The notes under the pieces were generated by a model, which had not been told where the DNA came from, searched no databases, and worked only from the letters and a program-made list of their open reading frames with translations. Positions 52,680 to 63,171 of a stretch of 64,000 nt of DNA are shown piece by piece. This stretch comes from Sphingobacteriales bacterium (GTDB taxonomy: Bacteria > Bacteroidota > Bacteroidia > Chitinophagales > JADIYW01). Positions within the stretch are counted from its first letter, which is position 1, and every line of letters starts with the position of its first letter. The stretch is from assembly GCA_016721245.1 (NCBI GenBank), contig JADKIQ010000025.1:327583-391582 (forward strand), in the 5' to 3' direction. The translations under genes were made by a program, and so were the position numbers.

Positions 52680-54185
52680 ATGCAAGAATTAAAGCAACAT
52701 GTATATACCACAATAAAGTCTGTAAAATTCGCTGAATGGATTTGCATTTTTATTATTGCATTCATATTATTAATAAGGATAGCATATATTTTTTCATATG
52801 ATACAGATCTTGAGGGAATGGAAATGATATCGGTGCACATTACCCAGCTACTTCACTTAAAATCTCATATGTATTCCAATCCTTCGCAGTTTCCTTACTT
52901 ATTACTGGCCTACACTCCGTTGTATTATTATCTTATGAACTTTATTATGAGTATATTCTCAATAGATGTTATAAATGATACGCACACCATCTATATCATT
53001 GGAAGAAGCCTCTCTTTTTTGCTTTTTGTTTTTGTATCGTATGGGATATATGCCATTATAAAGCAAATACACCATGGTTATCGCCATTTTATTCTGCTTC
53101 TATTGCTTTTCATTCTTTTGTTACCCAAGCATTTTTACACAGTAAGGCCGGATAGTTTTAAAGTATTTTTTTTCACCCTCTTTCTACTTTTTCATGTTAA
53201 GTATCTGTTTTCAAACAAGACTTCTTATTTCTGGCTATCGCTGTTTAGCTTAATTACGGGCATTTATTTTAAACATGATTTACTTCTCTATGGTTTCATC
53301 TACTATGCTGTTTTTTTCTTAAGCTACAGAAATAAAAAATATATTTATGCAGGCTTTATCATTTTAATCGTTTTGCTGATTTCTGTTTATTGGATGTATA
53401 TATCAACCGGAATAAATTTATTTGTTGATTTGCTGGTTTATAATATTCAATATAACAGCGGACTTCATACCAGCTTTTTATTTATTGCCTTTAACCTTAT
53501 CAGAACCTCTTTACTGATTTTACTATCTTTAAAAAATATATTCAGTAAAGATAAATTTACCAGAACAATTGCTATTACCAGCATCTGTTTTGTAGCTGCC
53601 AGCAATGTATCTATGCTTAGAGTTGGTTCGAATATAAACTACACTTATGAATCCGTATTACTATTACTGATAAGTGCAGTCTTATTTTTAAAGAAAACTG
53701 ACTTTCAATATAACGTTTTTTTCACCACAGCTTATTTGTTATTTCTGCTGGCATTGCCTATAAATTACTATCTGTATCGGTACAGTTTTAAAGAAGAATC
53801 ACAAAAGAAAGCTTTGTATGATGAGCATCTTCGTGTTTCTAAAGAAATAAAGAAAATAATAAAAGAGGATGTGGTTTTTTTTCCAAATATGAAATACATG
53901 ATTTTCTTTTCTGACTGCAACATTATTTATGGTTATGACTGGCATTATGACCGGTTTTCTGATTTATATTATAATGTAAAACTAAAACCGAAATTTTTAA
54001 TAAATGATATTATAAGAAATTATGACAATGCATTCAAAACAGGCACCGTAAAATACCTTGTCATAGATAATGAACCGAAATCGTTAAAACAAATTGAAGA
54101 CTTCTATCCGGTTTTTAAAAAAGAAGCATCATTTGATTCGCTTTTACTTTATGAATACTCCTCAAATACGGCAAATTCGAAATGA
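52680..54185 (+). CDS. polytopic membrane protein, GT-C-like paralogue 1
   Basis: 501-aa ORF with the shared family motifs DTDLEGME, RPDSFK, FKHD, YNIQ, MLRVGSNINYTYE and YGYDWHYDR. It overlaps the next gene by 4 nt. Confidence 0.7.
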   Translation: MQELKQHVYTTIKSVKFAEWICIFIIAFILLIRIAYIFSYDTDLEGMEMISVHITQLLHLKSHMYSNPSQFPYLLLAYTPLYYYLMNFIMSIFSIDVINDTHTIYIIGRSLSFLLFVFVSYGIYAIIKQIHHGYRHFILLLLLFILLLPKHFYTVRPDSFKVFFFTLFLLFHVKYLFSNKTSYFWLSLFSLITGIYFKHDLLLYGFIYYAVFFLSYRNKKYIYAGFIILIVLLISVYWMYISTGINLFVDLLVYNIQYNSGLHTSFLFIAFNLIRTSLLILLSLKNIFSKDKFTRTIAITSICFVAASNVSMLRVGSNINYTYESVLLLLISAVLFLKKTDFQYNVFFTTAYLLFLLALPINYYLYRYSFKEESQKKALYDEHLRVSKEIKKIIKEDVVFFPNMKYMIFFSDCNIIYGYDWHYDRFSDLYYNVKLKPKFLINDIIRNYDNAFKTGTVKYLVIDNEPKSLKQIEDFYPVFKKEASFDSLLLYEYSSNTANSK

Positions 54186-55741
54186 AATTAAATTCAAAAT
54201 ATTATCTGTACGTACTGCCATTTTTACTGGTTATTGCTATACTCTTATACATAAGGCTTAAATTGGTATTTAGTTACTCTTTAGATTTAGTTGGTTTAGA
54301 ATATTATTTCATTCATATAGTGCAACAACTTGCAGCAGGACAGGCAATTTACCCTAACCCTGAAGCGCTGCCTTATGCCAACTGCCTGTATACGCCAGTA
54401 TATTTTTACATTTACAGAATTGCCGTTAGTTGCTTGCATATTAATGTTTTTGATGACATATATACACTGCTGGTTTTGGGAAGAATATTATCCATTGTGT
54501 TTGTAACGGCTCAGATAGTTTACCTGATTAAATTTGCCCGTTTATTTACCAAATCTCGTATTATACAAATTGCAGCTGTTGCTTTTTACTTGTTATTAAT
54601 TACTGAAATGATGTTTGCGGTACGTCCCGATTCCCTGAAGGTATTTTTTTTTATGGTTTTTGTGTATCATTTACTTTTATATGTAGACCGTACTGCAACG
54701 CTAAAGGATGGAATCATTTGTGTTGCGGCAGCTGTTTTTGCTGTATATACCAAACAAGACATTAGTGTTCATATTTCCCTTTGTTTTATTACGGCAATAC
54801 TTCTATCCCGAAATAAAAAAATCATCGGGTTATTTAGCGCATTTCTCGTAATCTGCGGTGCAGCATTTTTTATAAGTATAGGATTTTATGGCAAGTATTT
54901 TTTCCATAATATTGTTTTTTTCAATATCCAGTCAGTAACAAACCTATCTACTTCATTCAATCTTTTTTTTATCTCTATTAGTATTTTCAGAACGATTCCT
55001 TTTCTACTACTAACCGTTTTAAACGGACGCATCTTAGCAAAAACCAATGCTCATGCAAAAGAAAAATTCATCTATATTTATGCTGTTTTATTGTATTTTC
55101 TTGCACACCTATCTATGCTGCGTGCAGGTTCTAACTTCAACTACACGTTTGAACTGATTGTATTGCTTGTTTTAAATTTTATTGTCTTTTGCTCGATTTA
55201 TAAAAACAAAATTCTGGAGAAACGTATTACTGCAACTGTAACAACGGCATTCTTCATTTGCTTTTATCTTATTATCAACGGAATCATAGGAAATTACTCT
55301 TATAAATCTGAGAAAGAAAAATTAAAAAAAGAAGCATACACCAAAATGCTGAAATCCAGAAAGGAAATTAAGGAAACCATTGGTAACGCCTATACCTTTT
55401 TCCCAAACACCCTGTATTCTGTATTTTATATCGATAAGCATATTATTCTGGGACATGATATGCATCTTGATCGCTTTATAAAATTATATTTTACGTTCGA
55501 CATGCCTTTCAATTTTGATATTAAATCTAAACTTCCGTACATTAATACTACGGAATATGACAGGAATTTCACAGACGGCACCATCACTTATGTAATAACT
55601 GATAATACTAAAAAATCAGCTGAACATGTTGCCTTTTACTATCCTGCGTATAAATATTACAAAACCATAGACAATATGATTCTTTATAAATTCCGAGATA
55701 AAGAAGTAAGTATGCCATCAATAAAAACAGACTTTAAATAA
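54182..55741 (+). CDS. polytopic membrane protein, GT-C-like paralogue 2
   Basis: 519-aa ORF with the motifs SLDLVGLE, RPDSLK, TKQD, FNIQ, MLRAGSNFNYTFE and LGHDMHLDR. Confidence 0.7.
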   Translation: MKLNSKYYLYVLPFLLVIAILLYIRLKLVFSYSLDLVGLEYYFIHIVQQLAAGQAIYPNPEALPYANCLYTPVYFYIYRIAVSCLHINVFDDIYTLLVLGRILSIVFVTAQIVYLIKFARLFTKSRIIQIAAVAFYLLLITEMMFAVRPDSLKVFFFMVFVYHLLLYVDRTATLKDGIICVAAAVFAVYTKQDISVHISLCFITAILLSRNKKIIGLFSAFLVICGAAFFISIGFYGKYFFHNIVFFNIQSVTNLSTSFNLFFISISIFRTIPFLLLTVLNGRILAKTNAHAKEKFIYIYAVLLYFLAHLSMLRAGSNFNYTFELIVLLVLNFIVFCSIYKNKILEKRITATVTTAFFICFYLIINGIIGNYSYKSEKEKLKKEAYTKMLKSRKEIKETIGNAYTFFPNTLYSVFYIDKHIILGHDMHLDRFIKLYFTFDMPFNFDIKSKLPYINTTEYDRNFTDGTITYVITDNTKKSAEHVAFYYPAYKYYKTIDNMILYKFRDKEVSMPSIKTDFK

Positions 55742-55765
55742 ATATTTTTTACCTGTATAAGAAAC

Positions 55766-57361
55766 ATGAAGTTCATTTTCAATAAATATGTTATCCTTTT
55801 CTGGCTGCTGTTAAGTATTGCATTGTGTTTTGTCATATACACCAACACCTATTCTATTCACAGAGGCTGTGACTTAGTTTCTGAAAACGACGAATGGGAG
55901 CACCAGAGTATGGCGGTGAATTATGCCAAAGGATTTGGTTTGTATAAGCTCGGAGCTTTTGCACCTGTCAGCGAGTACCATATAGACGCCTGTGATGCTA
56001 CGCTCCCCTTTCTGAGAAAATTATTCACAAAATACCCTACGGAATATTATCACCGTGCCGCCGGTTTCAGTATCATTACAGGTACTCTTTATCAACTTAC
56101 AGGCACCGAGCCTTACTACCTGAGACTATTTAATTTTGTGCTGATTATTTTAAGCTGGATAATTACATGTTTTGCATTCATAAGGCATAAAAAATATTTT
56201 AACCTGCTGCTGCTTGCGCTTCCTGTATACATCTGCGTCAATTTCTTTTATATTGACCAGATAGGTGATGAACCACTGCTGATTTTCTCCTTGTCGATTG
56301 TGTTTTTTGCGCTTATAAACTGGGTAAGGAAACCAAATCTTCTATTTACATTGATTCTCTTGCTTAGTTTGTCTTTCTCTGTTTTTATAAAAACAACTTT
56401 ATTGTTTATGCCCGTATTTACGCTTTTGATAGCTGTAGGCTTAAGACTAAAAAAACAGATTGCCGGTGCCTTATTCATAAATGTAATATTATTTGCTTCG
56501 GTCATTATTATTTCTGGTAAAATCAACAAAAAACATCAGTCGTATGCGTATCCCAATCAGCAGCAATTCCATACGGATATGATAAAAAGCGATTGGAGTA
56601 AAGAAGACAGTACATTCATCAAAACATATCATCTGACATACAGAGACAATGTAAATTTCAGTATCGATTTATACAAACAACTTGCTGCCTATTTATTTGA
56701 ACGGCAGTTTTACACTAAAAAAAGTTTCCTGCTTTCCGGGCAGAGTTTATTTCTTTTAATAGATGGCAATAATGAAACCTGTATACATGTTCCTGCAAAA
56801 AACATTGGAAGCTGGATGCCGCTTTGGAAGCTGACTAAAACTTCTTATTTCTATACTTACACGGAAGACCAGTCGCCCTATGCAGCCATTTCAAAGTTTT
56901 ATCTAAAAAAGCCTTATTTGTTACCGTTGATAGTATACTGTAAATTATACGCAGGTTATTACTGGAATTATTTATTTTTATTAATCTCGGCACTTCAATT
57001 GTCTTTATGTATACTGTTGCTTCAACGTAAAAACAGACTATTAAAAACAGTATTAATTATTGGTTTCAGTATTATATTACACATCCTGCTGCGGCAGCTT
57101 TTTTTAACACCAATACTGGTTATTGGCTTCCTTATCACCAGTATGTTTATTTTAATCAGATTTAAAAACCGACTCGATAGATCTGTCAGCATTATCTATA
57201 TTCCGTATTTAATTACTTTCTATTTTTTATTTCTTACGGTTTTAATGTTCGGATTAAACAGATATACCTGTATTGCTAACTCCATGTCATTGCTTATTAT
57301 CGTATTTTTACTATCGCAAATGTCATTTTTACTAAAGAAAAATCATGAAACTCTTTCATAA
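55766..57361 (+). CDS. polytopic membrane protein, ArnT/PMT_2-like (distinct from the paralogue family)
   Basis: 531-aa ORF with about 12 hydrophobic segments and the acidic first-loop motif ENDEWEHQSMAVNYAKG. It overlaps the next gene by 17 nt. Confidence 0.65.
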   Translation: MKFIFNKYVILFWLLLSIALCFVIYTNTYSIHRGCDLVSENDEWEHQSMAVNYAKGFGLYKLGAFAPVSEYHIDACDATLPFLRKLFTKYPTEYYHRAAGFSIITGTLYQLTGTEPYYLRLFNFVLIILSWIITCFAFIRHKKYFNLLLLALPVYICVNFFYIDQIGDEPLLIFSLSIVFFALINWVRKPNLLFTLILLLSLSFSVFIKTTLLFMPVFTLLIAVGLRLKKQIAGALFINVILFASVIIISGKINKKHQSYAYPNQQQFHTDMIKSDWSKEDSTFIKTYHLTYRDNVNFSIDLYKQLAAYLFERQFYTKKSFLLSGQSLFLLIDGNNETCIHVPAKNIGSWMPLWKLTKTSYFYTYTEDQSPYAAISKFYLKKPYLLPLIVYCKLYAGYYWNYLFLLISALQLSLCILLLQRKNRLLKTVLIIGFSIILHILLRQLFLTPILVIGFLITSMFILIRFKNRLDRSVSIIYIPYLITFYFLFLTVLMFGLNRYTCIANSMSLLIIVFLLSQMSFLLKKNHETLS

Positions 57362-58838
57362 ACTTAAACTGCTAACATACACCGACTGGATTTGCGTACT
57401 GCTGATTCTGTATATTCTAAAAATAGTATTTTCATATATCTCCTCTTATTCAACAGACATACAGGGTGTTGAGTTTGCATTTTTGCATAATATCCAGCTA
57501 CTGAAAAAAAATCATCCGTTATACAGCAATCCGGATAACTATCCGTTTTATTTGATTTTCTATCCTCCTTTGTACACGTTATTCATTAACCGCCTCACAG
57601 ATGCATTCAAAATAAACCCTTTTGTATCCATACATGAATTACTGGTAAGCATGCGGGTGTTTTCTCTCATTTTTACGATGTTAAACGGATGGATTATGCT
57701 GCGTATACTAAAGCTCTTATCTGTTCGTTCCACAAAAACAAAAAAAATCCTGCTATATCTGTTATTTTTGCTTACACTTACGCTTCATATATTTGCTGCA
57801 CGGCCGGATAGTTTTAAATTGTTTTTCTTTTTATTATTCTTAATCAAAGCAATCCGTTATACTTTTATAAAACAAAAAAAATCCACTTTGCTTGCTGCAA
57901 CTATTTATGCTATTTTATGTATTTACATAAAACATGATGCGATAATTTATATTCTTTCCTATTGGTTTATCTATTTTCTTTATTTTAAAAAGAAAAATGC
58001 CATTATTGCCGTATCCCTGTTGTTCTTTTTTATCTTATGGGGATTAAGCATTTGCAATAGTCATTTGGGGACAGATTTCTTCAGAAATATATTCTATTAC
58101 AACATTCAGTATTCTTCAGATATTCGTGTGAATTTGATATTTATACTAATCAATGTTATCAGATTTACACCTTTACTTTATATAACGTGGCTGAATTTGA
58201 AATCAGAAAACTCAACCTATAAATTCATGGCCGCCCTTACATTTATATATTTTTTATTCAGCAACCTGACAATGCTAAGACCCGGCGCAAATCTTAATTA
58301 CACCAACGAATCCGCTGTGCTATTAATAATCAACCTCGGAATATATTTGCATGAAAATGAAAAAAAATGGAAATTAAAGTATGAAATAATTTTAATTATA
58401 TTACTTACCCTATGTTGTCCATACGTAAAGCTGAACCCGGATATCTTTAATAAAACAAAATCGGCAGAAGAAAAAACAGTTTACATGTCGAACCTGAAAA
58501 ACGGCGATTCACTGACACAAATTATTGGTACGGATACCGTTTTCTTTACAAATCCGAAGTATACAATTTTTAATGCTAAACTTAATCTACTGTACGGATA
58601 TGACATACATTTTGACAGATATTCTGAATTATATTTTGGTGTAACCATTAAGCCGGATATCTATTCAAATGAAATCAGCAAAGCATATGACCGATATTTT
58701 ACCAATGGAACTGTGAAATATATTGTAGCGGAAGACGTCCCAAAAGCAACAGCTCAAATGACAAAGTACTATCCACTTTATTTGTATTATCAAAAAACCG
58801 GAAATCTTATAGTATATAAATTCAATAAAACCAATTAG
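57345..58838 (+). CDS. polytopic membrane protein, GT-C-like paralogue 3
   Basis: 497-aa ORF with the motifs STDIQGVE, RPDSFK, IKHD, YNIQ, MLRPGANLNYTNE and YGYDIHFDR. Confidence 0.7.
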   Translation: MKLFHKLKLLTYTDWICVLLILYILKIVFSYISSYSTDIQGVEFAFLHNIQLLKKNHPLYSNPDNYPFYLIFYPPLYTLFINRLTDAFKINPFVSIHELLVSMRVFSLIFTMLNGWIMLRILKLLSVRSTKTKKILLYLLFLLTLTLHIFAARPDSFKLFFFLLFLIKAIRYTFIKQKKSTLLAATIYAILCIYIKHDAIIYILSYWFIYFLYFKKKNAIIAVSLLFFFILWGLSICNSHLGTDFFRNIFYYNIQYSSDIRVNLIFILINVIRFTPLLYITWLNLKSENSTYKFMAALTFIYFLFSNLTMLRPGANLNYTNESAVLLIINLGIYLHENEKKWKLKYEIILIILLTLCCPYVKLNPDIFNKTKSAEEKTVYMSNLKNGDSLTQIIGTDTVFFTNPKYTIFNAKLNLLYGYDIHFDRYSELYFGVTIKPDIYSNEISKAYDRYFTNGTVKYIVAEDVPKATAQMTKYYPLYLYYQKTGNLIVYKFNKTN

Positions 58839-59020
58839 AAAACAGCTTCTAATCCTTGCAATCAGCATCTGCTTACATCATACAAGCCGGATGTTGAAAA
58901 AAAACCACCCTTTAGCAGCTTGCATTTTTAGAGAATGCTCTAAAATTACGTATTTTGCAATACTTAAACGGCTGATTTTATACTAAAACGTACATTTTAG
59001 CCTTTGTATAAATTAGTTAT

Positions 59021-59824
59021 ATGATTCCAATATATAAGCATATCGAGAAGCCTGAGGCAATAGAATATTTTAATCAAAACGGATATGTTGCCATTGAAAG
59101 CAGTCTGGATAAAGTATTGCTGGAAAAAATAAAACAGACGATGCTGCAGCTGATTGATGTAGAGAGAGATTATATCAATAAAAAAGATTACACCGATTAC
59201 GGTTTTTTGCTTTGTGCTCCCTATTATGCAGACAAACATCCTGAAATTCTGGAAATTTTCGAGAACAACGATATGCTGGATTTTATAGAAGCGATACTGG
59301 ACAAATGGTTTACTATTTACCTCTATACCAATAACTGTATTCCGCCTCAGAAAAGACCTTCAAAAGCGGCTCAGGTGCATGTAGATGTTCCGAGAATTAT
59401 TCCGAATTATAATTATTTACTGGCTACCATTATCCTGCTGGATGATTTTACCAACGAAAACGGTGGCACCTGGATTCTTCCGAATTCTCAAAATATGTTA
59501 GAACAACCTGACAATGATTATTTTTTCAAACATGCCATACAAGTAAACGCACCTGCCGGCAGTATTTTATATTTTAATCCAAGAATATGGCATGCCGCCG
59601 GAGAAAACAAATCGCCGGACTGGCGCAGCTGCCTGATAGTGGCTTACTGCAAACCGTGGGTAAAACAACGGGTGGACATTCCGAGATTTATGGAACATAT
59701 TGACAAATCAAAAATTGATAAAAACAAATTGCAGTTGTTGGGCTTTCATTCACAAACTCCCAGTAATTTTGGTGAATTTTACGGAACTACCTGCGATAGA
59801 ACCTATACTCAACCATTTGTTTAG
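59021..59824 (+). CDS. phytanoyl-CoA dioxygenase (PhyH) family Fe(II)/2-oxoglutarate oxygenase
   Basis: 267-aa ORF with HVDVPR (HxD), GGTWILPNSQ and RIWHAAGEN (distal His). Confidence 0.7.
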   Translation: MIPIYKHIEKPEAIEYFNQNGYVAIESSLDKVLLEKIKQTMLQLIDVERDYINKKDYTDYGFLLCAPYYADKHPEILEIFENNDMLDFIEAILDKWFTIYLYTNNCIPPQKRPSKAAQVHVDVPRIIPNYNYLLATIILLDDFTNENGGTWILPNSQNMLEQPDNDYFFKHAIQVNAPAGSILYFNPRIWHAAGENKSPDWRSCLIVAYCKPWVKQRVDIPRFMEHIDKSKIDKNKLQLLGFHSQTPSNFGEFYGTTCDRTYTQPFV

Positions 59825-59825
59825 C

Positions 59826-60581
59826 TTACAATTCAAGTAAGTAAATCCAGTCGTAGCCGGTACACAGCATCCCGCTTTTATCAAATGCTTTTTGGCTGTA
59901 TAAATTATGTAATCGTGCAGAGCCTTTTGCATACATTAATTTTCTGCTTTGCGTGGTTCTGTGTATAAAGTTGATAGACTTCAGTAATATGTTGTTCTTT
60001 CTGAAAGCTTTTTTAACACCAACATAATAAGAATAAGATTCTGTTTCAAAAAAATCAATACTCAGACATCCCACCAATTCCTGCTCATGATGATAAATCA
60101 GATAAGCTGCTTTTTCGGGATAATTACCTGTATAGAAATTATAAAAATAAGAAGACAAACAGGTCCTTTGAGTTTCGAGATCAAAGCGTTTGAATACGGC
60201 TTCAGGGGTATAACTGCCAAAAGGAATATCTTCGTAGGTTTCTTTAAATGTATCAAAAAACAATTCTCTTGTTGTGGCATCCACTTGAACGAAATTAAAA
60301 TCTCCGGACCAGTCTTCCAACGGCATATTATTTAAATCATAAGTAGTATATGAACGAACAATTTCTAACAAATGTGCCGTTTTGCACAAAGAATTCAATC
60401 TATCGAGTTCATGATTCAGCGGATTTTGTACTTTAATCCTGAGGTATTCATAATTGCTTTTTGATATTTCTTCTTTAATGACATCCCATTCATCAAACTG
60501 ACGATCAATCATCAACCTGCCGATTGAAGTTCCGAGAACAGTACTTTCGTGTGTTGAATACTCTATCATAGTTTTTCTCAT
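59826..60581 (-). CDS. hypothetical protein, possibly a GNAT-fold acyltransferase
   Basis: About 251 aa from the ATG at 60581. The C-terminal half has a GNAT-like strand-helix pattern (LVGCLSIDF...YYVGVKKAFRKNNILLKSINF...). This is a weak call. Confidence 0.45.
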   Translation of the reverse strand: MRKTMIEYSTHESTVLGTSIGRLMIDRQFDEWDVIKEEISKSNYEYLRIKVQNPLNHELDRLNSLCKTAHLLEIVRSYTTYDLNNMPLEDWSGDFNFVQVDATTRELFFDTFKETYEDIPFGSYTPEAVFKRFDLETQRTCLSSYFYNFYTGNYPEKAAYLIYHHEQELVGCLSIDFFETESYSYYVGVKKAFRKNNILLKSINFIHRTTQSRKLMYAKGSARLHNLYSQKAFDKSGMLCTGYDWIYLLEL

Positions 60582-60725
60582 CAATTGAATTTGTCCGTTC
60601 TTGTTATCAAGCGGATTAAGTTACATCCGGCAGTCATCAGCAATTATGAAGTAATAAATGCAAATATAATAATTTTAAAATAACATTTTCCGAAGCTGAC
60701 TAATCCGTAAAATTGCTTCGTATTC

Positions 60726-61463
60726 TTATGGTTTATTTTCTTTTGAAGGATTAAATCTGTACTTAAATAAATTGAAGATAAACTCGAAAACTGTTTTCAA
60801 TCCGACGAAACTTGTTTTACGTTCGTTTTGATAAAATACTGTGGAAATTTCTGCAATTTTTAATTTAAGTTTTAGTGCCTGAATCATGATTTCTGCATCG
60901 GTAAACCAGTCATTTGAACGCAATTCCAAACTTTTATAAGCAGTATTGGTAAATATTTTTGGTTTCGAATTAATATCTCTGATGGGGAATCTTGGGGAAA
61001 ATAACAACCTGAACAAGAAGTTATAAATAGCAGACAACATTGTTCTTATAAATCCGTCATATCGTTTTGCCCGGTATGTCTTCACCAAATCATATTTGCC
61101 AAATTTTATGACACCATACACAATCGGAATATCGCTTGCAGGCATCTGAGCATCCCCGTCAATAACAGCAATATAAGTACCGGTGGCCATAGAAAGTCCG
61201 GAGCGCATATCCCATCCCATACCGCCTTCTTTTTCATCAGCTATCACTTTTACATGCGGCTGAACGGAGGCTATTGCTTTTGCTTTCTGAGGAGTGGAAT
61301 CTGTTGAATTTTTATCAAAATTAGCCACCAAAATTAATTCATAACTAATATTAAGCTCCTGTATTTCATTTAATAATTGCTGAACAAACGTCTCTATTAT
61401 GTTCTCTGAATGATAACACAAAACAACTACCGACAGCTCTACAGATTCTAATTTTTCATTCAT
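60726..61463 (-). CDS. family-2 glycosyltransferase, DPM1/polyprenyl-phosphate-sugar-synthase-like
   Basis: 245-aa soluble ORF with LSVVVLCYHSE and DxD (VIDGDAQM). Confidence 0.75.
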   Translation of the reverse strand: MNEKLESVELSVVVLCYHSENIIETFVQQLLNEIQELNISYELILVANFDKNSTDSTPQKAKAIASVQPHVKVIADEKEGGMGWDMRSGLSMATGTYIAVIDGDAQMPASDIPIVYGVIKFGKYDLVKTYRAKRYDGFIRTMLSAIYNFLFRLLFSPRFPIRDINSKPKIFTNTAYKSLELRSNDWFTDAEIMIQALKLKLKIAEISTVFYQNERKTSFVGLKTVFEFIFNLFKYRFNPSKENKP

Positions 61464-61618
61464 ATAAAAGCATTCTAAAAGTACATTTTATTAGTCGTTC
61501 AGCCAAATGTTCTAAAGAAAAATCAAAAAATAGTGTATTTTTAAACATTGTAAAAATCATAAACCGGACGGCAATTCAGAATCACCTAAAACTTAGTAAA
61601 ACAGCCATCTTTTCCTTT

Positions 61619-63070
61619 TTGCTGATAGCCTATATGCTAACAGTAAGAGTGTTATTCATTTTTTCGTATAACCTTGATCTGGATGGCGCTGAATTTACGT
61701 TTGTTCATTATCTGCAGCAATTACTGAGCGGCAACCCCTTGTACCTGAATCCGGAAAGTCACCCTTATTCTGCAGTTATTTATGCACCGGCAAATCTATA
61801 CCTGGCGTATTACACTTCCAGACTTTTCCATCTGGATTACATCCATGATATTCATACCTTGTATATTCTTGGCAGGAGTATCAGTTTCGTTTTTGTTCTA
61901 CTGTGTATTTACTATGTCTGGCAATTTTCAAAACGTTATGCTGAAGACAAAAACACGCAGATAATAAGCGTATGCCTTTTCTTACTATTACTTACCGGGC
62001 ATGCTTATGCATTCAGACCTGACAGTATGAAGATTGCATTTTTTATTGGCTTTATGTATTACTACATCAGCTATTTCTATTTTGACAAAAATAAAAAAAA
62101 TGCTTTCCTCTTTTTACTGTTTACATTACTATCCGTGTTATCCAAACAGGATGTAGTCATTTATGTTATGCTTATCCATTTTGCTAATTTTTGTGTACAG
62201 CGCACCATTGAAATTGTACTATTTTGTTTACTCTCAGCTGCTTCTATCGCTATATTATTTTTATTGTTACATCTGCTCTTCGGGCCTTATTGCCTGGTAA
62301 GTCTGTTTGATTTTAATTTGCAGGTAATTTCTAACGTTACAAAATCTTACAACCTCATTGTTGTTATTTGCAATGCAATCAGGCTGTTTCCTTTATACCT
62401 GATTTTAATCTATCTGCTTATACATGCTAAACAAACTAAAGATGCTGCTTTGCTTACCATGCTTTGTATTGCAGGATTACTAAGCGCTTTTTTATCCTCC
62501 TTTTTCCTGTTCAGACCCGGCAGTTTTTTAAACTACACTTACGAACATATTTCAATCATACTATTTGCCATTGTTTTCTTTATTACAAACGTAAAAAATA
62601 AACCTAAATACAGCAATTTGTATATTGGATATGGTATCGTGTTGCTGTTTTGCGGTTTAATAGTAAAAAGTTATCTGGTTTCGCTTAAAAATGAAAATGG
62701 ATTTAAAGCAAGATATTTTGAATTAGAAAAATTAAGAAAGGATGTACTACCCTATTTAAACAACAATGAAGCAGTTTTCCCGGCAAATATTGAGCTTTGT
62801 TTATTTATTGCAGATAAGAATGTAGTATACGGACACGAATACCACTTAGACAGGGCTTTGTATGCCAACTTTGGGCTGACTGCCACTTCCCGTCTATTGC
62901 ATATTGACAGTAAACCATACGATGACAAATTCAAAAATGGAGAAATTCCTTATTTACTGTATATCAACAAAGAAACGACCAATACCGTGGTAGCAGAATA
63001 TTATCCGAATTACAGGGAATTTCAAAAACCGGGAAATTATATTCTGGCAAAATATCAGCCGTTACAATAA
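61619..63070 (+). CDS. polytopic membrane protein, GT-C-like paralogue 4 (N-terminus uncertain)
   Basis: 483-aa ORF with the motifs NLDLDGAE, RPDSMK, SKQD, FNLQ, FRPGSFLNYTYE and YGHEYHLDR. It starts at the TTG at 61619, inside what aligns to TM1 of the paralogues. Confidence 0.65.
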   Translation: MLIAYMLTVRVLFIFSYNLDLDGAEFTFVHYLQQLLSGNPLYLNPESHPYSAVIYAPANLYLAYYTSRLFHLDYIHDIHTLYILGRSISFVFVLLCIYYVWQFSKRYAEDKNTQIISVCLFLLLLTGHAYAFRPDSMKIAFFIGFMYYYISYFYFDKNKKNAFLFLLFTLLSVLSKQDVVIYVMLIHFANFCVQRTIEIVLFCLLSAASIAILFLLLHLLFGPYCLVSLFDFNLQVISNVTKSYNLIVVICNAIRLFPLYLILIYLLIHAKQTKDAALLTMLCIAGLLSAFLSSFFLFRPGSFLNYTYEHISIILFAIVFFITNVKNKPKYSNLYIGYGIVLLFCGLIVKSYLVSLKNENGFKARYFELEKLRKDVLPYLNNNEAVFPANIELCLFIADKNVVYGHEYHLDRALYANFGLTATSRLLHIDSKPYDDKFKNGEIPYLLYINKETTNTVVAEYYPNYREFQKPGNYILAKYQPLQ

Positions 63071-63171
63071 CAAAATAACATTAATACTGACAGCTCATTG
63101 ATATTTATTTTGCACTAAAAATATTACAATGCTGAATTAAATATTCTATTCTATCTTTGCGTACTTAGTTT

